Shown here: positions 1 to 12,182 of the stretch, one piece after another | Layout: each line of letters starts with the position of its first letter | Numbering within the stretch: position 1 is the first letter of the stretch | Assembly: GCA_963803975.1 (NCBI GenBank) | Contig: CAWDOY010000015.1 | Coordinates: 1 to 64,000, forward strand | Length of the DNA: 64,000 nucleotides | Source: an uncultured delta proteobacterium | Lineage (GTDB): Bacteria > Desulfobacterota > WTBG01 > CAIYCZ01 | Direction: 5' to 3' | Notes under the pieces: generated by a model | Seen by the model: the letters and a program-made list of their open reading frames with translations, nothing else | Told to the model about the DNA's origin: nothing | Database searches by the model: none | Translations under genes and position numbers: made by a program

Positions 1-91
1 AACCTTTTAGCCTGTTAACCTTTTGTCCTTTTAACCTTTTACTTTTACAACTCCTTAACTCTTAACTTAACTTCATACAGGAGGAAAAGAA

Positions 92-1136
92 ATGAAAAAG
101 ATTGTCAGTGTTTTTCTAACCGTACTGCTCACCGTTATGTTCAGCGCGGGAAGCTCTTACAGCGCCTCCAAACCAGTCCTGCATATTTATACCTGGGCTG
201 ATTATATCAAGCCGGAGCTGGTGCAGCGTTTTGAAAAGGAGCATGATTGCAAGGTTGTAATCGACACCTTCGATTCCAACGAGGCAATGTACGCGAAAAT
301 CAAGGCCGGCGCGTCCGGTTATGACATCATCACGCCCAGCAGCTACATGGTGGCCATTATGTTCAAGCAGGGCATGCTGCAGAAGCTCAACCCCGCGCTG
401 CTGCCCAATATCAAGAACGTCGACCCCGATTATCTGAAATTCGCCCTTGACCCCAAAATGGGCCACAGCGTGCCCTACATGCTGACCATCACCGGGATCG
501 CCTGCCTGAAAAGCAAGGTAAAGGATTTCAAGCCGTCGTGGACAATGTTTGACCGCGCTGACCTGAAAGGCAGGATGACCATGCTCAACGACATGCGCGA
601 GACCATCGGCGCTGCCCTTAAATTCCTCGGTTACAGTCTGAACACCACGAACGAAACCGAGCTGAATGCCGCGAAAGAGGTTCTTATCCGATGGAAAAAG
701 AACCTGGCCAAGTTTGAAAACGAACAGTACAAGACCGGGCTTGCGTCGAGCGAGTTCTTGCTGGTGCACGGCTACAGCGGCGATATTATGCAGGTGCAGA
801 ATGAAAACAAGGATATCGCGTTTGCCATTCCGGTGGAGGGTACGTCATTTGCCTGCGATGACCTGGTGATTCCGAAAAAAGCTTCGCAGGTAAAACTCGC
901 GCACCAGTTTATCAACTTCCTCTACGAGCCCCGGTCTCAGCGGAAAATACCGAGTTCATCAGCTACCTGTGCCCGAACACGGCCAGTTACGGCAAATTGA
1001 GCGCTGAGCTGAAAAATAATCCGGCCATCTTTTTTCTGAAGATGCAGGGGAGCTCAAAGAATGAGGTCATCCGGACCTCGGGGCGGACAATGCCAAGTAC
1101 ACAAAAATCTGGGACCTGGTAAAAGGGGCGGAGTAA
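92..1136 (+). CDS. potD: Spermidine/putrescine ABC transporter substrate-binding protein (frameshifted near the 3' end)
   Basis: Signal peptide, YTWADYI, DTFDSNEAM and YDIITPSSYM motifs; GGAGG RBS; continues in another frame to TAA at 1134-1136. Confidence 0.85.
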
Positions 1137-1236
1137 AGTCTTGCCGGAATTGGTGCGGTATTTCAGGCGGTATCTTCATGAAAATAATTCTGCGCTTGAA
1201 TACTACGCTGCGTTCTGCTCTCAGGCAGATAGCATC

Positions 1237-1384
1237 AGGTTGTTGAAAAAGTAGTTTTCCCCAGGCTGGTCAAAAACGTCCGGATGCACGGCGCGCGAAA
1301 TCAAGAGGAATGAGACGTACTTTGCAGTACGTCGCAATGACGAAGGATGAGCGCAACAAAGCAGACGGATGTTTTTCAACAGCC
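1237..1384. repeat. REP/MITE-like palindromic intergenic element
   Basis: GGTTGTTGAAAAA and GGCTGGTCAAAAACGTCC at the left are inverted to GGATGTTTTTCAACAGCC at the right; inner hairpin GACGTAC-tttgca-GTACGTC. Confidence 0.6.
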
Positions 1385-1403
1385 GATAGAAGGCGGCAGA
1401 CCC

Positions 1404-2512
1404 ATGGTCCTAATCCGCAAGGGCACGTGCCACGTGTTATATGCGTATGATATCGGCATAGCCATCAATCTGGCCATGTGTCCTGAACGCCTTGCATCGC
1501 TGGGCCGCACCACGGTTTCGGGCCGCAACCGCCGCGCCCCGAAGTGCTTTGATTATGATCCGCCGCCGCTGACGATCATCCAGGAAGCCGCCGTACCGGG
1601 TGTGGGACGGTATCAGGTTTCACCCCCCGTGTCCCTGACATTCTATGACTTCGGCGCGGTTTCGATCAGCTATGAGATTGCCTGTGCCGGCAGCCTGGAA
1701 GACCTGCGCGAGCTGAGCGTGGAAATCGCTCAGAACGACATACTCTTGCACGACTCACGATGTCGCGTCCATGACATCCTGCGCGCGCTCGGCGATGCAG
1801 TCGAGCAGCCCGGCGTAGCTGCGCCGGTGGAGGACTATGCGATATTCGAGGTCCGGGATTTTGAACTCCCCTGCCCCGCGGATGCGCTGCCCCGGTCAAC
1901 GGCCCCGTCCTCGCTCAGATACTGCGGGCAGAGCTGCAGGATCTTTCGGAGCAGGAGACAAACGATGCGCTCGCCTGTCGCATCACCTACGGCCGCGACG
2001 ACATCACGCTGATTGACTGGAATGCCGCAATGATTTTTGACCGGGAGGCCGAGGACATTCGCTCCGTGCTTGAGTTTGCCAATATCGAACTTCTGGAGCT
2101 GCGCTTCCTGGACCACCAGCTTGACGCCTCCCTTGACCGTTCCTACGAGCTGACCTCACGGTCGCCCGGCATCACGCGCTGGGTGCCGGGCTGGGCAGCG
2201 CGCACCATGCGGCAGATTTCCCGGATGCAGCTGGAAGGTGCCATCCTCTTCGAGCGCGTCAGCAATGCGCCGAAGCTGCTGGGCGACCAGTTTCTCGCCC
2301 GCGTGTACCGCCTGGCTGCCCAGCGCTTCCATGTTAGCGAGTGGAACGCCAGCATCCTGCGCAAGCTCGATACCATCGAGGATTTCTACCAGCAGCTTCA
2401 CGCCAGCGCTGCCGGACGGCGCATGGAAGTGCTGGAATGGATCATCATCATCTTGATTGCTCTGGAAATCATCATGCCGTTCTTCTCCCGCATCCTGCCC
2501 GGCCGGCATTGA
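1404..2512 (+). CDS. RMD1/DUF155-like membrane-anchored protein (frameshifted)
   Basis: ORFs 1347-2012 and 2030-2512 join; LEFANIELLELRFLD and C-terminal EVLEWIIIILIALEI helix. Confidence 0.6.
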
Positions 2513-2790
2513 AAAGATCATAAACCACGTTTATCACCCTCTGTTTCCGCATCAGAGTTTATTAATACTCTCTTATGCAAGTCCAAATCCCTTAGCCCGA
2601 TATCTTTAAATTATCTCCGTACCTTCTGAACGCCCGGCGGAAAGCTTAGTGAAATTCCTTTCTGTGATTGCACCCTGAGAGCCCTGCAACAGATTGGGAA
2701 ATAAAATATTTTGCCCATCTTGACTTTCACAAATTAAATTTTATTTTTAAATAAAACCAAATTATAAATTCAGCAAAGGAGGTACATATT

Positions 2791-3234
2791 ATGATTGCAC
2801 GATGGTTTTATGATTTAGATCCGGTTTTCAACGATGTAAACAGATTAACCGATGTTCTGGACAGGGTGTTAGATGTGGGTCTCCCGCTCGCAAATATACG
2901 CAGCGTGCCCAGGGGCACATTCCCGCCCGTCAATGTACAGGAAAAAAAGACGGGGTGTCAATTCAGGCTTATATCCCGGGGGTTGAGGCTAGGAAGCATC
3001 GAAGTAACGTTCCACGACAATGCACTTACGATAAAAGGCAGGCGTGATACTGCATATAAGGGCACATTCACCGGCGGAGAGCGTTTTAACGGAGAGTTTA
3101 CCCGCATCATCGGGCTGCCGGAAGGACTTGATGCGGAGAAAATAAGGGCCCAATACCGGGACGGGGTACTGTCCATAACCATTGACAAGATGGAAGAGCA
3201 AAAACCCAAACAGATACCGGTAAAAATAGATTGA
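2791..3234 (+). CDS. Hsp20/alpha-crystallin small heat shock protein
   Basis: FPPVNV, ERFNGEFTRII and AQYRDGVLSITI motifs; AAGGAGGT RBS. Confidence 0.9.
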   Translation: MIARWFYDLDPVFNDVNRLTDVLDRVLDVGLPLANIRSVPRGTFPPVNVQEKKTGCQFRLISRGLRLGSIEVTFHDNALTIKGRRDTAYKGTFTGGERFNGEFTRIIGLPEGLDAEKIRAQYRDGVLSITIDKMEEQKPKQIPVKID

Positions 3235-3250
3235 GAGAGGAGAATTAGCC

Positions 3251-3641
3251 ATGGCTGAGAGAAATGAACAGGCAGTGGCCGGAAAAGAGCCTGACAAAAT
3301 ACAGGCCCCCGCGAAGGGAAACATTGTTCCGCCGGTTGATATTTATGAGGACGGGGACGTCGTGACGCTGTTTGCCGACCTGCCCGGCGTGAGCAAGGAA
3401 AATCTTGACGTGCAGGTTGACAAAGATACGCTCAAGGTCCACGGCAAAAGAGCTGTCGGAAACGGCGCTGAGGGGGTGACCCGCTGGTATGATGAGATTC
3501 CGGCCAAGGACTTTTCACCGTGCGTTCACCATCGGCGAGGAGATTGACCGCGAGAAGATAACCGCCACCATGAACAACGGCGTACTGAAGCTCACCCTTC
3601 CCAAGACTGAAAAAACAAAGCCGAAGAGGATAGACATATAA
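3251..3641 (+). CDS. Hsp20/alpha-crystallin small heat shock protein (frameshifted)
   Basis: PPVDIYE...ADLPGV; shifted frame gives ITATMNNGVLKLTLPK...PKRIDI*. Confidence 0.85.
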
Positions 3642-3671
3642 AAATATCCTGACGGGGCCGGGGACAGAGGA

Positions 3672-3850
3672 TTCAGGAACTGCTGATTAGCGAGTGCTGA
3701 TGGCGGATAGTAAGTCGATGCCCGTACCTCAGCACTCGTCTATGGTGAGCCGGACGGCTTTGACTTCGATGGGCTCGTTTCGTCTGAGTCAACGTCGAAG
3801 ACAGCCGAATCGAGCTTGTATGCGAAAGGCCTGCTGAACGGTCAAACCGT
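3672..3850. ncRNA. Candidate structured RNA or palindromic element (unassigned)
   Basis: Two long imperfect hairpins plus a short hairpin in the gap between convergent genes; found by manual pairing only. Confidence 0.35.
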
Positions 3851-3882
3851 GTTTCTCTTATTAATACGTTCAATGCATAGTT

Positions 3883-4332
3883 TCAGCTGCCTTGAATCAG
3901 CGCTTCATATTTTCCCCGGGATAGCACATGATAGGTTCCTGCGGCGCTGGAGCATAGAATACCATCCGCGTTTGTCAGCGATGCCTCAAGTTGCACTTGG
4001 CGGTCTTCCCGCGTTGTCACCCGGCAGGTGACCCGCACCGGATTTCCCATATACACCGGCGCAAGGAATCGCACGCTGATTTCTGAGGTGACCGCCATTT
4101 TCCCGGTGTGCACGTGGGTTGCCCAGCCCATAATTTCATCAAGCAGGCCCATCTGTATGGCCCCGTGAAGAATATCCCCCTGGCCGAAAAACGGCTCCGC
4201 AGGAATATAGTCTGTATATATCTCGCCGGTTTCATCATCCCGGAAGAACTTCAGCTGCAGCCCCTCTGTATTATTGCTGCCGCAGATGAAGCAGCGATTG
4301 TCAGTATAGGGACTGGGTATTTCTTTTTTCAT
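3883..4332 (-). CDS. PaaI family (hotdog fold) thioesterase
   Basis: CFICGSNN..GL and ILHGAIQMGLLDEIMG motifs. Confidence 0.85.
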   Translation of the reverse strand: MKKEIPSPYTDNRCFICGSNNTEGLQLKFFRDDETGEIYTDYIPAEPFFGQGDILHGAIQMGLLDEIMGWATHVHTGKMAVTSEISVRFLAPVYMGNPVRVTCRVTTREDRQVQLEASLTNADGILCSSAAGTYHVLSRGKYEALIQGS

Positions 4333-4461
4333 TATTGTTTTGAATGCTGAGTTTTGCGTTAAAAAGTGAAAAGCAGACAACAGAAGACAGACGTGGAAAG
4401 CAGAAAAAGTGTGAAATCTGCACTGAATTGCAATCTCCTCACTCCGTTACTCGTGTCCGAT

Positions 4462-7442
4462 TCACCTTCTTTTACCATATAGTAATCTCGGCATCGCGGA
4501 AACCGGCCCGTGGAATGTTGTCACGTACCATTCAGGTCTATATCCTCCAGCTTGTAGAAATAAGTCTTTCTGTTTTGCACATTCTTATCAACAAACTCAT
4601 ACGACAGCGCCCTGCGTGGAAGAGCCCTGTGCATGAATCAGCGCACCATTGATTTTAGTGTATTCTCCATTCTCTGATGCAGCGCGGTAGATATTAAATC
4701 CTGCATTATCAATTTCTGATTCAGTTGACCACACAAGGGTAACGCTGCCTGAAGCAGGAGACGCGGTGAATGTTGACAGCTCCACAACCGTGGGCGGCAC
4801 CGAGCTGGTGGTTGTGAGCGCAGCTGTGGTGGTTGTCGTTGCCGGGACAATGGATGTTGTGGTGGTGCCTGTTACCTCTCCAAAGTGCAGGACCGTGCCG
4901 GAATCGCCCCCCGCATACACATCCGCTGACGATGCCCCCCATACGGATTTCAAAGCCGGCAGGGCGGTTGTCGCCAAGGTTGAAAACAGGCGGGCTGCCC
5001 CGCGTTGTGCCGGGTCCGGGATTGCCGGAAATAACGTGCTGATATCAACCAGCGACCAGGCCGACCCGTCATAGTGCAGCACCGTGCCCCAGTCACCGAC
5101 CGCGTAGATATCGCTTGCCGAGCTGCCCCAGATGCTGTACAGCGTATTTGACGTGGGGCTTGCCATGCGCGACCAGACGGTGCCGTCATAGTGCTTGATG
5201 GTTCCGTAATCACCAACCGCATAGACATCGCTCGCCGAGCTGCCCCAGATGCCGTGCAGATAATTCGACGTATTGCTTTCCACGGTCTGCCAGTTTAAGC
5301 CGTCATAATGCACAATCGATCCCTGTGAGCCGACTGCGAACACGTCGCTGCCGGAGCTGCCCCAGACGCTTCGCAGCTGCTGTATGCCGCTGACAGCGGT
5401 CCGTGACCACGAAGCGCCGTTAAAGTGAAGGATGGCGGCGCTGCTGCTGTAGCTGCCGACGGCAAATATATCCTGCGCAGAACTCCCCCAGATGCCCAGT
5501 ATCGTTGTTGATAATGTGGTGGCCTGATTCCAGGCGCTGCCGTCATAGCGCCAGATGCCGCCAAAGAAAGCGCTCATGTAGATATTGCTCGCCGAGGTCC
5601 CCCATAATGCGTCCAGATCAACCCCCATGTTCGACGGCAGGCTCATTTCAGACCAGCTCTGCCCGTCGTAATGAAACAGCCGGTTGATCGCAAGGCCGCT
5701 GTTGCCGCACACATAAATATCATTCGGCGATGTTCCCCACAGATCCTGAATCATCATGTCCGCCGCTATCTGCGCGTAGGTCCAGCCGGCCTGAGAGTCG
5801 CAGGCATCCCCCACGCCGTCGCCGTCACTGTCCGCCTGGTCGGGGTTATAGGCGTCCGGGCAGTTTTCAACATCTCCGCACACTCCGTCCTGGTCCGCGT
5901 CATTGAGCGCGTCATGCGTGCAGATATCGCAGGCATCCCCCGACAGCGTCGTTGTCCGTATCAGCCTGGTCAGGGTTATAGGCAGCTGGGGCAGTTGTCA
6001 AAAGCATCCGCTATAGCGTCACCGTCTGAATCCATACTGTCTTGTCGCAGGCATCGCCCGCCCCGTCGCCGTCGCTGTCAGCCTGGTACGGGTTGATAAC
6101 CGCCGGGCAATTATCCGTTGCGTCGGCAAATCCGTCACAATCACTATCAGTCAGTCCCCCTATGAGGCAGGGTTCTCCCGCGTCTGCATCGCATACCGTT
6201 GACACGGTGGCCGCGCTGTTTGACACGGCGACGCTTGTGCTGGTTGCGTTAATCGTCAGTGTTTGCGCCGGAACCGTAACCGCGACCGGGACAATGGAAC
6301 CGGCCGTGACCGTAAAGTCCCCGTTTTTCATCAAGCTGCAGTTTGGCATGGCGCCGTTTTCTGCGATCTTCATCACAACGGCATCCTCGTACTGTTCACC
6401 GGAGTTTGAAATGGTGCCACACAGCAGATACCCGCCATCAGCAGCCGCGCTGATAGACCTGGCCATGTACCGCGGCCCCGCTGCCGTAGCGCTTCTGCCA
6501 CTCAATGCTCCCGTTTCCTGCGAGTTTGAGCACGACCACATCCTCATGCTGCTCTTCCCTTATCCATGAATACCCCGCGACGACATAGCCTCCGTCCACG
6601 CTCTGCAGGACTTCGTAAGCATAGTCGATACTGTTTCTGCTTAATATACGCTGCCAGATGATGTCACCGTTTGCTGCAAGCTTCAGAATCAGGATATCTT
6701 GAGCCGAACCATACCTGGTCCCGGCGGCAATGTACCCGCCGTCCGCGGTTTCCTGTACCGAGTAAGCATACTCGTTAATGGAGCTGCCGTATGATTTCTG
6801 CCAGACAACCTCGCCGGTCGCAGTAATTTTTAAAACCATGAAGCCCACGATGCCTGCCCCGATCGGGCCAATACGTCCGCATATGATGTACCCGCTGTCA
6901 GTGGTCTGCCGTATCGCGTAATATTCGGCGGAATCAGAATACTTCTTTGCCCACGTTACCGTCCCGGTTGCAGAAAGCTTCAGGACGCAGGATATTCCGG
7001 CCGCAACGTAGCCGCCGTCTGCCGCCTGGCAGACAGCATACAGGGTTACGCCGTAACTTTTTGACCAGATAATGTTACCTGACGCATCAAGCTTTATGAC
7101 CCGCGATTCGCCGGCCATGATAAACCCACCATCAGCAGTCTGCTGCGCGCCGGCAACCGAATCCCGGTACGAACCGCCATAAGTCTTCTGCCATGACAGC
7201 TTGCTGCTGCTGTCAAATTTCATCATCCACATGTCCTTGTATCCGGCGCCGAATGATTCGGTGCTGCCGCCGACGATATACCCGCCGTCCGCGGTCGGCT
7301 TGATTACATTCGCCATATCCACGCCGCTGCCCCCGATGACCCTGGTGCCGTAATGGCTTGAGGCAACGGCAGTGCTGTTGAAAGTGAATGCGAAGAAGAT
7401 AAAAGATGTGGCAATGAAATTTATTGACAGTGACTTTTTCAT
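4462..7442 (-). CDS. Secreted modular protein 1: beta-propeller, thrombospondin type-3 repeats, WGSS repeats, Thr-rich linker, shared C-terminal domain (frameshifted)
   Basis: ORFs 6438-7442, 6011-6547 and 4597-5883 join; signal peptide; QTADGGY repeats; DNCP..NPxQxDxDGDGxGDACD; ends [16 protein letters not shown]. Confidence 0.75.
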
Positions 7443-7611
7443 GAATCCCTCCCTTTTCGTAATGAGCGTGCGTAGAGCTTCAGCAAGCGGCTCATGTTTT
7501 AATTTAGCAAATTCATTTATCTACTGCAATATAATAAACGCGGTGTTGCACTCACCGGGCCGTGCTTTTTCGTGGCTCGTGACCCGTGCCTCGTATTTTA
7601 ATAAATTCCTC

Positions 7612-9652
7612 TTATCTGTTTCTAAAAAGCAGGCGTGGTGTTGCACTTATTGGCCCATGTAGGGTCGAGTTCCCCCAAGGTCTATGTCCTCCAGCTTGTA
7701 GTAGTAGGTCTTCCTGTTCTTCACACCTGGAATCTGTGAACTCATACGCTGCACCCTTCGTGGAAGAGCCCTTTGCGGGGATCAGTCGCTGTTTATCTTT
7801 ATATAGTCCCCATCTTCTGACTCTGCGCGGTAGATATTAAAGCCTGCGTTGTCGGTTTCAGTTTCGGTCGACCAGGTGAGGATTATCGTTTTTGTTCTGG
7901 GAATTGCTGCGAAACCGGAGAGACTGATCATCGTGGGCGGAAGGCTGAAACTCATACGCGCCCATATCATAGTAAGGATACACGCCGCTGCCGGTATTCG
8001 GAATCTCCGGCACATCAAAACGCTGCGTGCCTTTTATATCCATGGCGGGAGCGTTGCTGCTGGTCCCCGCATCAATGCAGGGCGAGCCTGGCTGCAGGCG
8101 AAAGTCATCGTCCGGGGTGCCGATAACATTGTCCGTCCCGTCAGCATCAACAAACAGCGGCTCCAAATTAATGTTTCCGGTTCCCGACCACCCGCCCTGA
8201 ATATCCGAAAACGTGATTAGCGGGTCAAAATAAGGGATTGACTGGCCTTTGACACAGTAATACCCCATGCAATCAATCTCTTTTCCTGACAGCCCGTCTG
8301 CCCAGAAAATGCTATTGGTGATAGTGAGGGGATAGACCGTCTGAACATAACGGGTTGCCAGGAGCCCGCCATTTCTATTATTCGTAAAGGTGCAGTTGGT
8401 AATAGTCAGAGATTCACCATTACGGTCATGGATTGCACCGCCGCCATAGCTGTACTGTTCAGCACTGTTGCCGGAGAAGACAGAGTTTGTAATGGTTACG
8501 GCGCTGTGTTCTGTATAGATGGCGCCGCCACCGTACTGAGCTGCACTGTTGCCGGTAAATGTGCAGCTGGAAATTGTCAGCGGGCTGTTATTATTATATA
8601 TGCCGCCGCCGGAACCTGCAGCGCTGTTGCCTGAAAAGATGCAGTCGGAAATGACTGGAGAGCTGTAATCATTATACATGCCTCCCCCGCCATCGTTGAT
8701 GTTATAGGAGGTGTTAGCGTTAATAATACAATGTAGAGATAGTGGGGGTGCAGCGGTAACCGGTGTGCCCGCATGGGAGGGTCACCGGGCGAGGCCGCCA
8801 CCCACAGGACTTCTCCCCCTGGTTATAACAAACCCGTCCAGCAGAGCATCCCGTGTTATTTTGAAGCATCCAGTCATAGACTGGCCGTCCACCGTCGTTG
8901 TATTGATTTTCCAATCCCGCTGGTTCCTCATTGTTTCCGTGCCGGCAAAACCGCCATAAACGGCAACCGCTTTATTGATCAGTATCTGAGAGGTGAGCAG
9001 GTAGGTGCCCTGCCTGACCCATACCTCCCCTCCCGAGGCATTTATGCCTTCCTGGATTGTCTTGAAAGCGGTTGCCCAGGTTGTGCCGCAGTTGCCGCTG
9101 CAGGCTGAGGCTTTGTCCACATATACAACCGCGTCACTGTCGCATATATCGCCGATACCATCCCCGTCGCCGTCCTGCTGATAGGGATTTGCAATAAAGG
9201 GACAGTTGTCAGAGCCCGTACACGACGGAGCGGATCATGCCGGGATCGCATATGCCGTCATTATCATCATCAGGGTCACAGGCATTGCCGCTGCCGTCCT
9301 GGTCATTGTCAGCCTGGTCAGGGTTGTAAACAGCAGGGCAGTTGTCGCATGCATCACCCAGAGGGTCGGAATCAGAATTTTCCTGACCGGGATTATAAAC
9401 AGGACAGTTGTCAACATCGTCAGTTACGCCATCCGCGTCATGGTCGTTACAGGCGTCTAAGCAGTAACTAAAGCCTTGATAGCAGTCTCTCACGCAAAAC
9501 GGATTAAATACGTCGCACCCTGCCAAACAGGCATCAAGCTCATCCTCGCACGTTTGGGCGCAGGTTGCATGCACGGTGTCCGTCAATACGAAAAGTACGC
9601 CTGAAAACAGAATCAGGCTTATGGCAGTTGCGGATACAATTTTGTGATGCAT
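7612..9652 (-). CDS. Secreted modular protein 2: Cys-rich N-domain, TSP3 repeats, parallel beta-helix (choice-of-anchor-Q-like), shared C-terminal domain (frameshifted)
   Basis: ORFs 9209-9652, 8782-9120, 7858-8679 and 7782-8018; FSGNSA/GGGIY repeats, [20 protein letters not shown]; ends [10 protein letters not shown]. Confidence 0.75.
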
Positions 9653-9836
9653 GCGTATCTCCCTGGATTAGTTTGAAGTGTTGTGTTTTTAGTTTGAAGA
9701 AATATCGAACTCAATGTCTCCAAATTTCAAGACCGAGCCACGAACCGTTAATCCCGAAGACTGAATATAAGACGAGGTTTGCTGCAACAGGCCCGTATAT
9801 TTTGTGGCCCGTGTCTCGGAACCCATGGCTTGCACT

Positions 9837-11928
9837 TTATTCACCCAACCCAAAGATAAGACGAGGAGTAGCCTTTATGGGACCGCGTAAGGTTGATACT
9901 CCATCGAGGTCTATGTCCTCCAGTTTGTAGTAATAGGTCTTCCTGTTCTTTACATCAGTATCAATAAACTCATACGCAGCGCCCTGCGCGGAAGAGCCTT
10001 TCGCGGGGATTAATGCATCGTTGATTTTGATATATTCTCCGCCTTCTGCTTCAGCGCGAAAGATATTGAACCCGGCGGTGTCGATTTCGGATGCGGTGGA
10101 CCAGGTAATATGAACGGTTCTGCTGGAGGGGGAGGCGGTAAACGAGGATAGTTCAATCAGCGTTGGTGTTTCCGCATAGCGGAGTATGGTCCCGGAGACT
10201 CCCACGGCAAACACATCGCTGCCTGAGCTGCCCCAGACTGAGCGCAGTTCATTTCCAGCCCTGCTGTTCATGGGTGACCAGGTGCTGCCATTGTAGTGAT
10301 AGATAATGCCGCAAAAGCCGGCGGCGAAAACATCTGTTGCCGAGCTGCCCCAGACAGCACACAGCCCGCAGTCTGACGGGGGTGTCATGGTCATTGTTGC
10401 CCAGCTATTGCCATCAAAGCGCAGGATTACATTTTCAGTAAAAGTATACCCCACGGCAAACACATTGTCTGCCGAGCTGCCCCACACGCCGCGGAAATAT
10501 GCAGGGTATCCGGTTTGTACCGGAGACCAGCTGCTGCCGTTATAATGGAGCATGCTGCCTTGGCCGACAGCATAGACATCAGTGGATGAGCTGCCCCACA
10601 CGCCATAAAGCGGATTAGTAGTGCCGCTGCTCATTTGCGACCATGTTGTCCCGTCATAATGGAGGATAAGGCCATCATTTCCCACCGCAAAGACATCTGT
10701 GGCAGAACTGCCCCACACACAGTTTAGACCGCTTAACCCCAGATACGGTGTCATAGGGGACCACGAGGTCCCGTTGTAGTGATAAATGACCGGGAGGTAA
10801 TAACAGCCCATGGTGCAGATGCGGCCGGTACTTCCCACGGCAAAGACATCGTGTGCAGAACTCCCCCAGACGGAATAAAGAGTGTATTGACCTGCTGGGG
10901 TAGCAGACCACTCTGTTCCATCATAATGATAGATTGTGTTGCCTCCCACCGCAAAGACATCCGTGGCAGAGCTGCCCCACACGCCGTTTAAGTCATTTAA
11001 TGTAAAATTGCTTGACAGGGGTGCCCAGGGCCATCCGCTGATCCCGTTATAGTGATGCATGGAGCCGTTATTGCCCGCCGCATAGACATCGCTGCCTGAG
11101 CTGCCCCAGATGCTGTTGGCGGAAACAACACTGCTCGAAGACCAGGTGCTGCCGTTATAGCGATAAATACCCGCTGCGCTTCCCGCGTAAACATCAGCGC
11201 CGCCAGATCCCCAGAGGCAGCGAAATTCCGCTGTAGTGCCGCTGGTCATGGCAGACCAGGAGCTTCCGTTGTAGTGATAGATTTTTCCGCTGCTGCCCGC
11301 CGCAAAAACATCATCAGCGGCGCTTCCCCAAACAGCGTAAAAGAATTGCCCGGTGGTGGGCATCGCGGTCCAGCTTGAACCGTCATAATGCAGAATGTTC
11401 CCGCTGTAGCCCACGGCAAAGACATCAGTCGCGGAACTGCCCCAGACCGCAGTAAGCCCGAAGCCGTACGGATTAGTTGTCGCGGACCAAACGCTGCCGT
11501 CGTAATGCAGAATGGTGGCTTCACCCACGGCAAACACATCACTTCCCGAGCTGCCCCAGATGCCGTAAAGATGTACCGCGGTGCCGCTGGCCATGGCAGA
11601 CCAGGAAGCGCCGTTATAATGCAGAATGGTGCCGAACGACCCAACGGCAAAGACGTCGCTTCCCGAACTGCCCCAGGTGCTGTTTAAAATATTGGTTGTG
11701 CCGCTCTCCATGAAAGACCAGGCGCTGCCGTTATAGTGGAGGATGGTGCCGCCGGCGCCCACGGCGAACAAATCGGTTGCTGTAGCTGCCCCAGATGCCG
11801 TTGAGATGATTTCCCTGCGGCAGGGGATTCAGCCACGTCCATTCCTGGCAAAAACCGGAATGATTCACTCCTGATAAAAACACCAAAAACAAAATAGTCA
11901 GTAAAACAGAAGACTTTTTATTCACCAT
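9837..11928 (-). CDS. Secreted modular protein 3: about 13 WGSS-xxDVFAVG beta-propeller repeats plus shared C-terminal domain (one frameshift)
   Basis: Signal-peptide ORF 11731-11928 joins the 644-aa ORF. Confidence 0.8.
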
Positions 11929-12182
11929 ATCCCTCCGTTTTTAGGTGCGTGGCCAATGACCCGTGACTGGTGACTCGGGATGCTAAATATTGAGTGCTGC
12001 TCCCAACCCCAAAAGCTTTCCCTGCTCCGAACTCCCCGTCCTCCGCAGCAGAAAACTGCGGTGGATGGACGATCTTAATTTCTTCGAACTTTTAAACCAC
12101 TAATCTCGAAATTATAAAATAAGCCGCAGCCTTAAGGAGACCGGCCATACTATTTCGTCTTTCGTGACTCGCGGCTTGCACT

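Noticed and set aside
3691..3738. CIRCE (HrcA operator) near the Hsp20 genes
   Set aside because: The half-sites resemble GAGTGCTAA/TTAGCACTC but are in reversed order, 28 nt apart rather than 9, and downstream of the genes.
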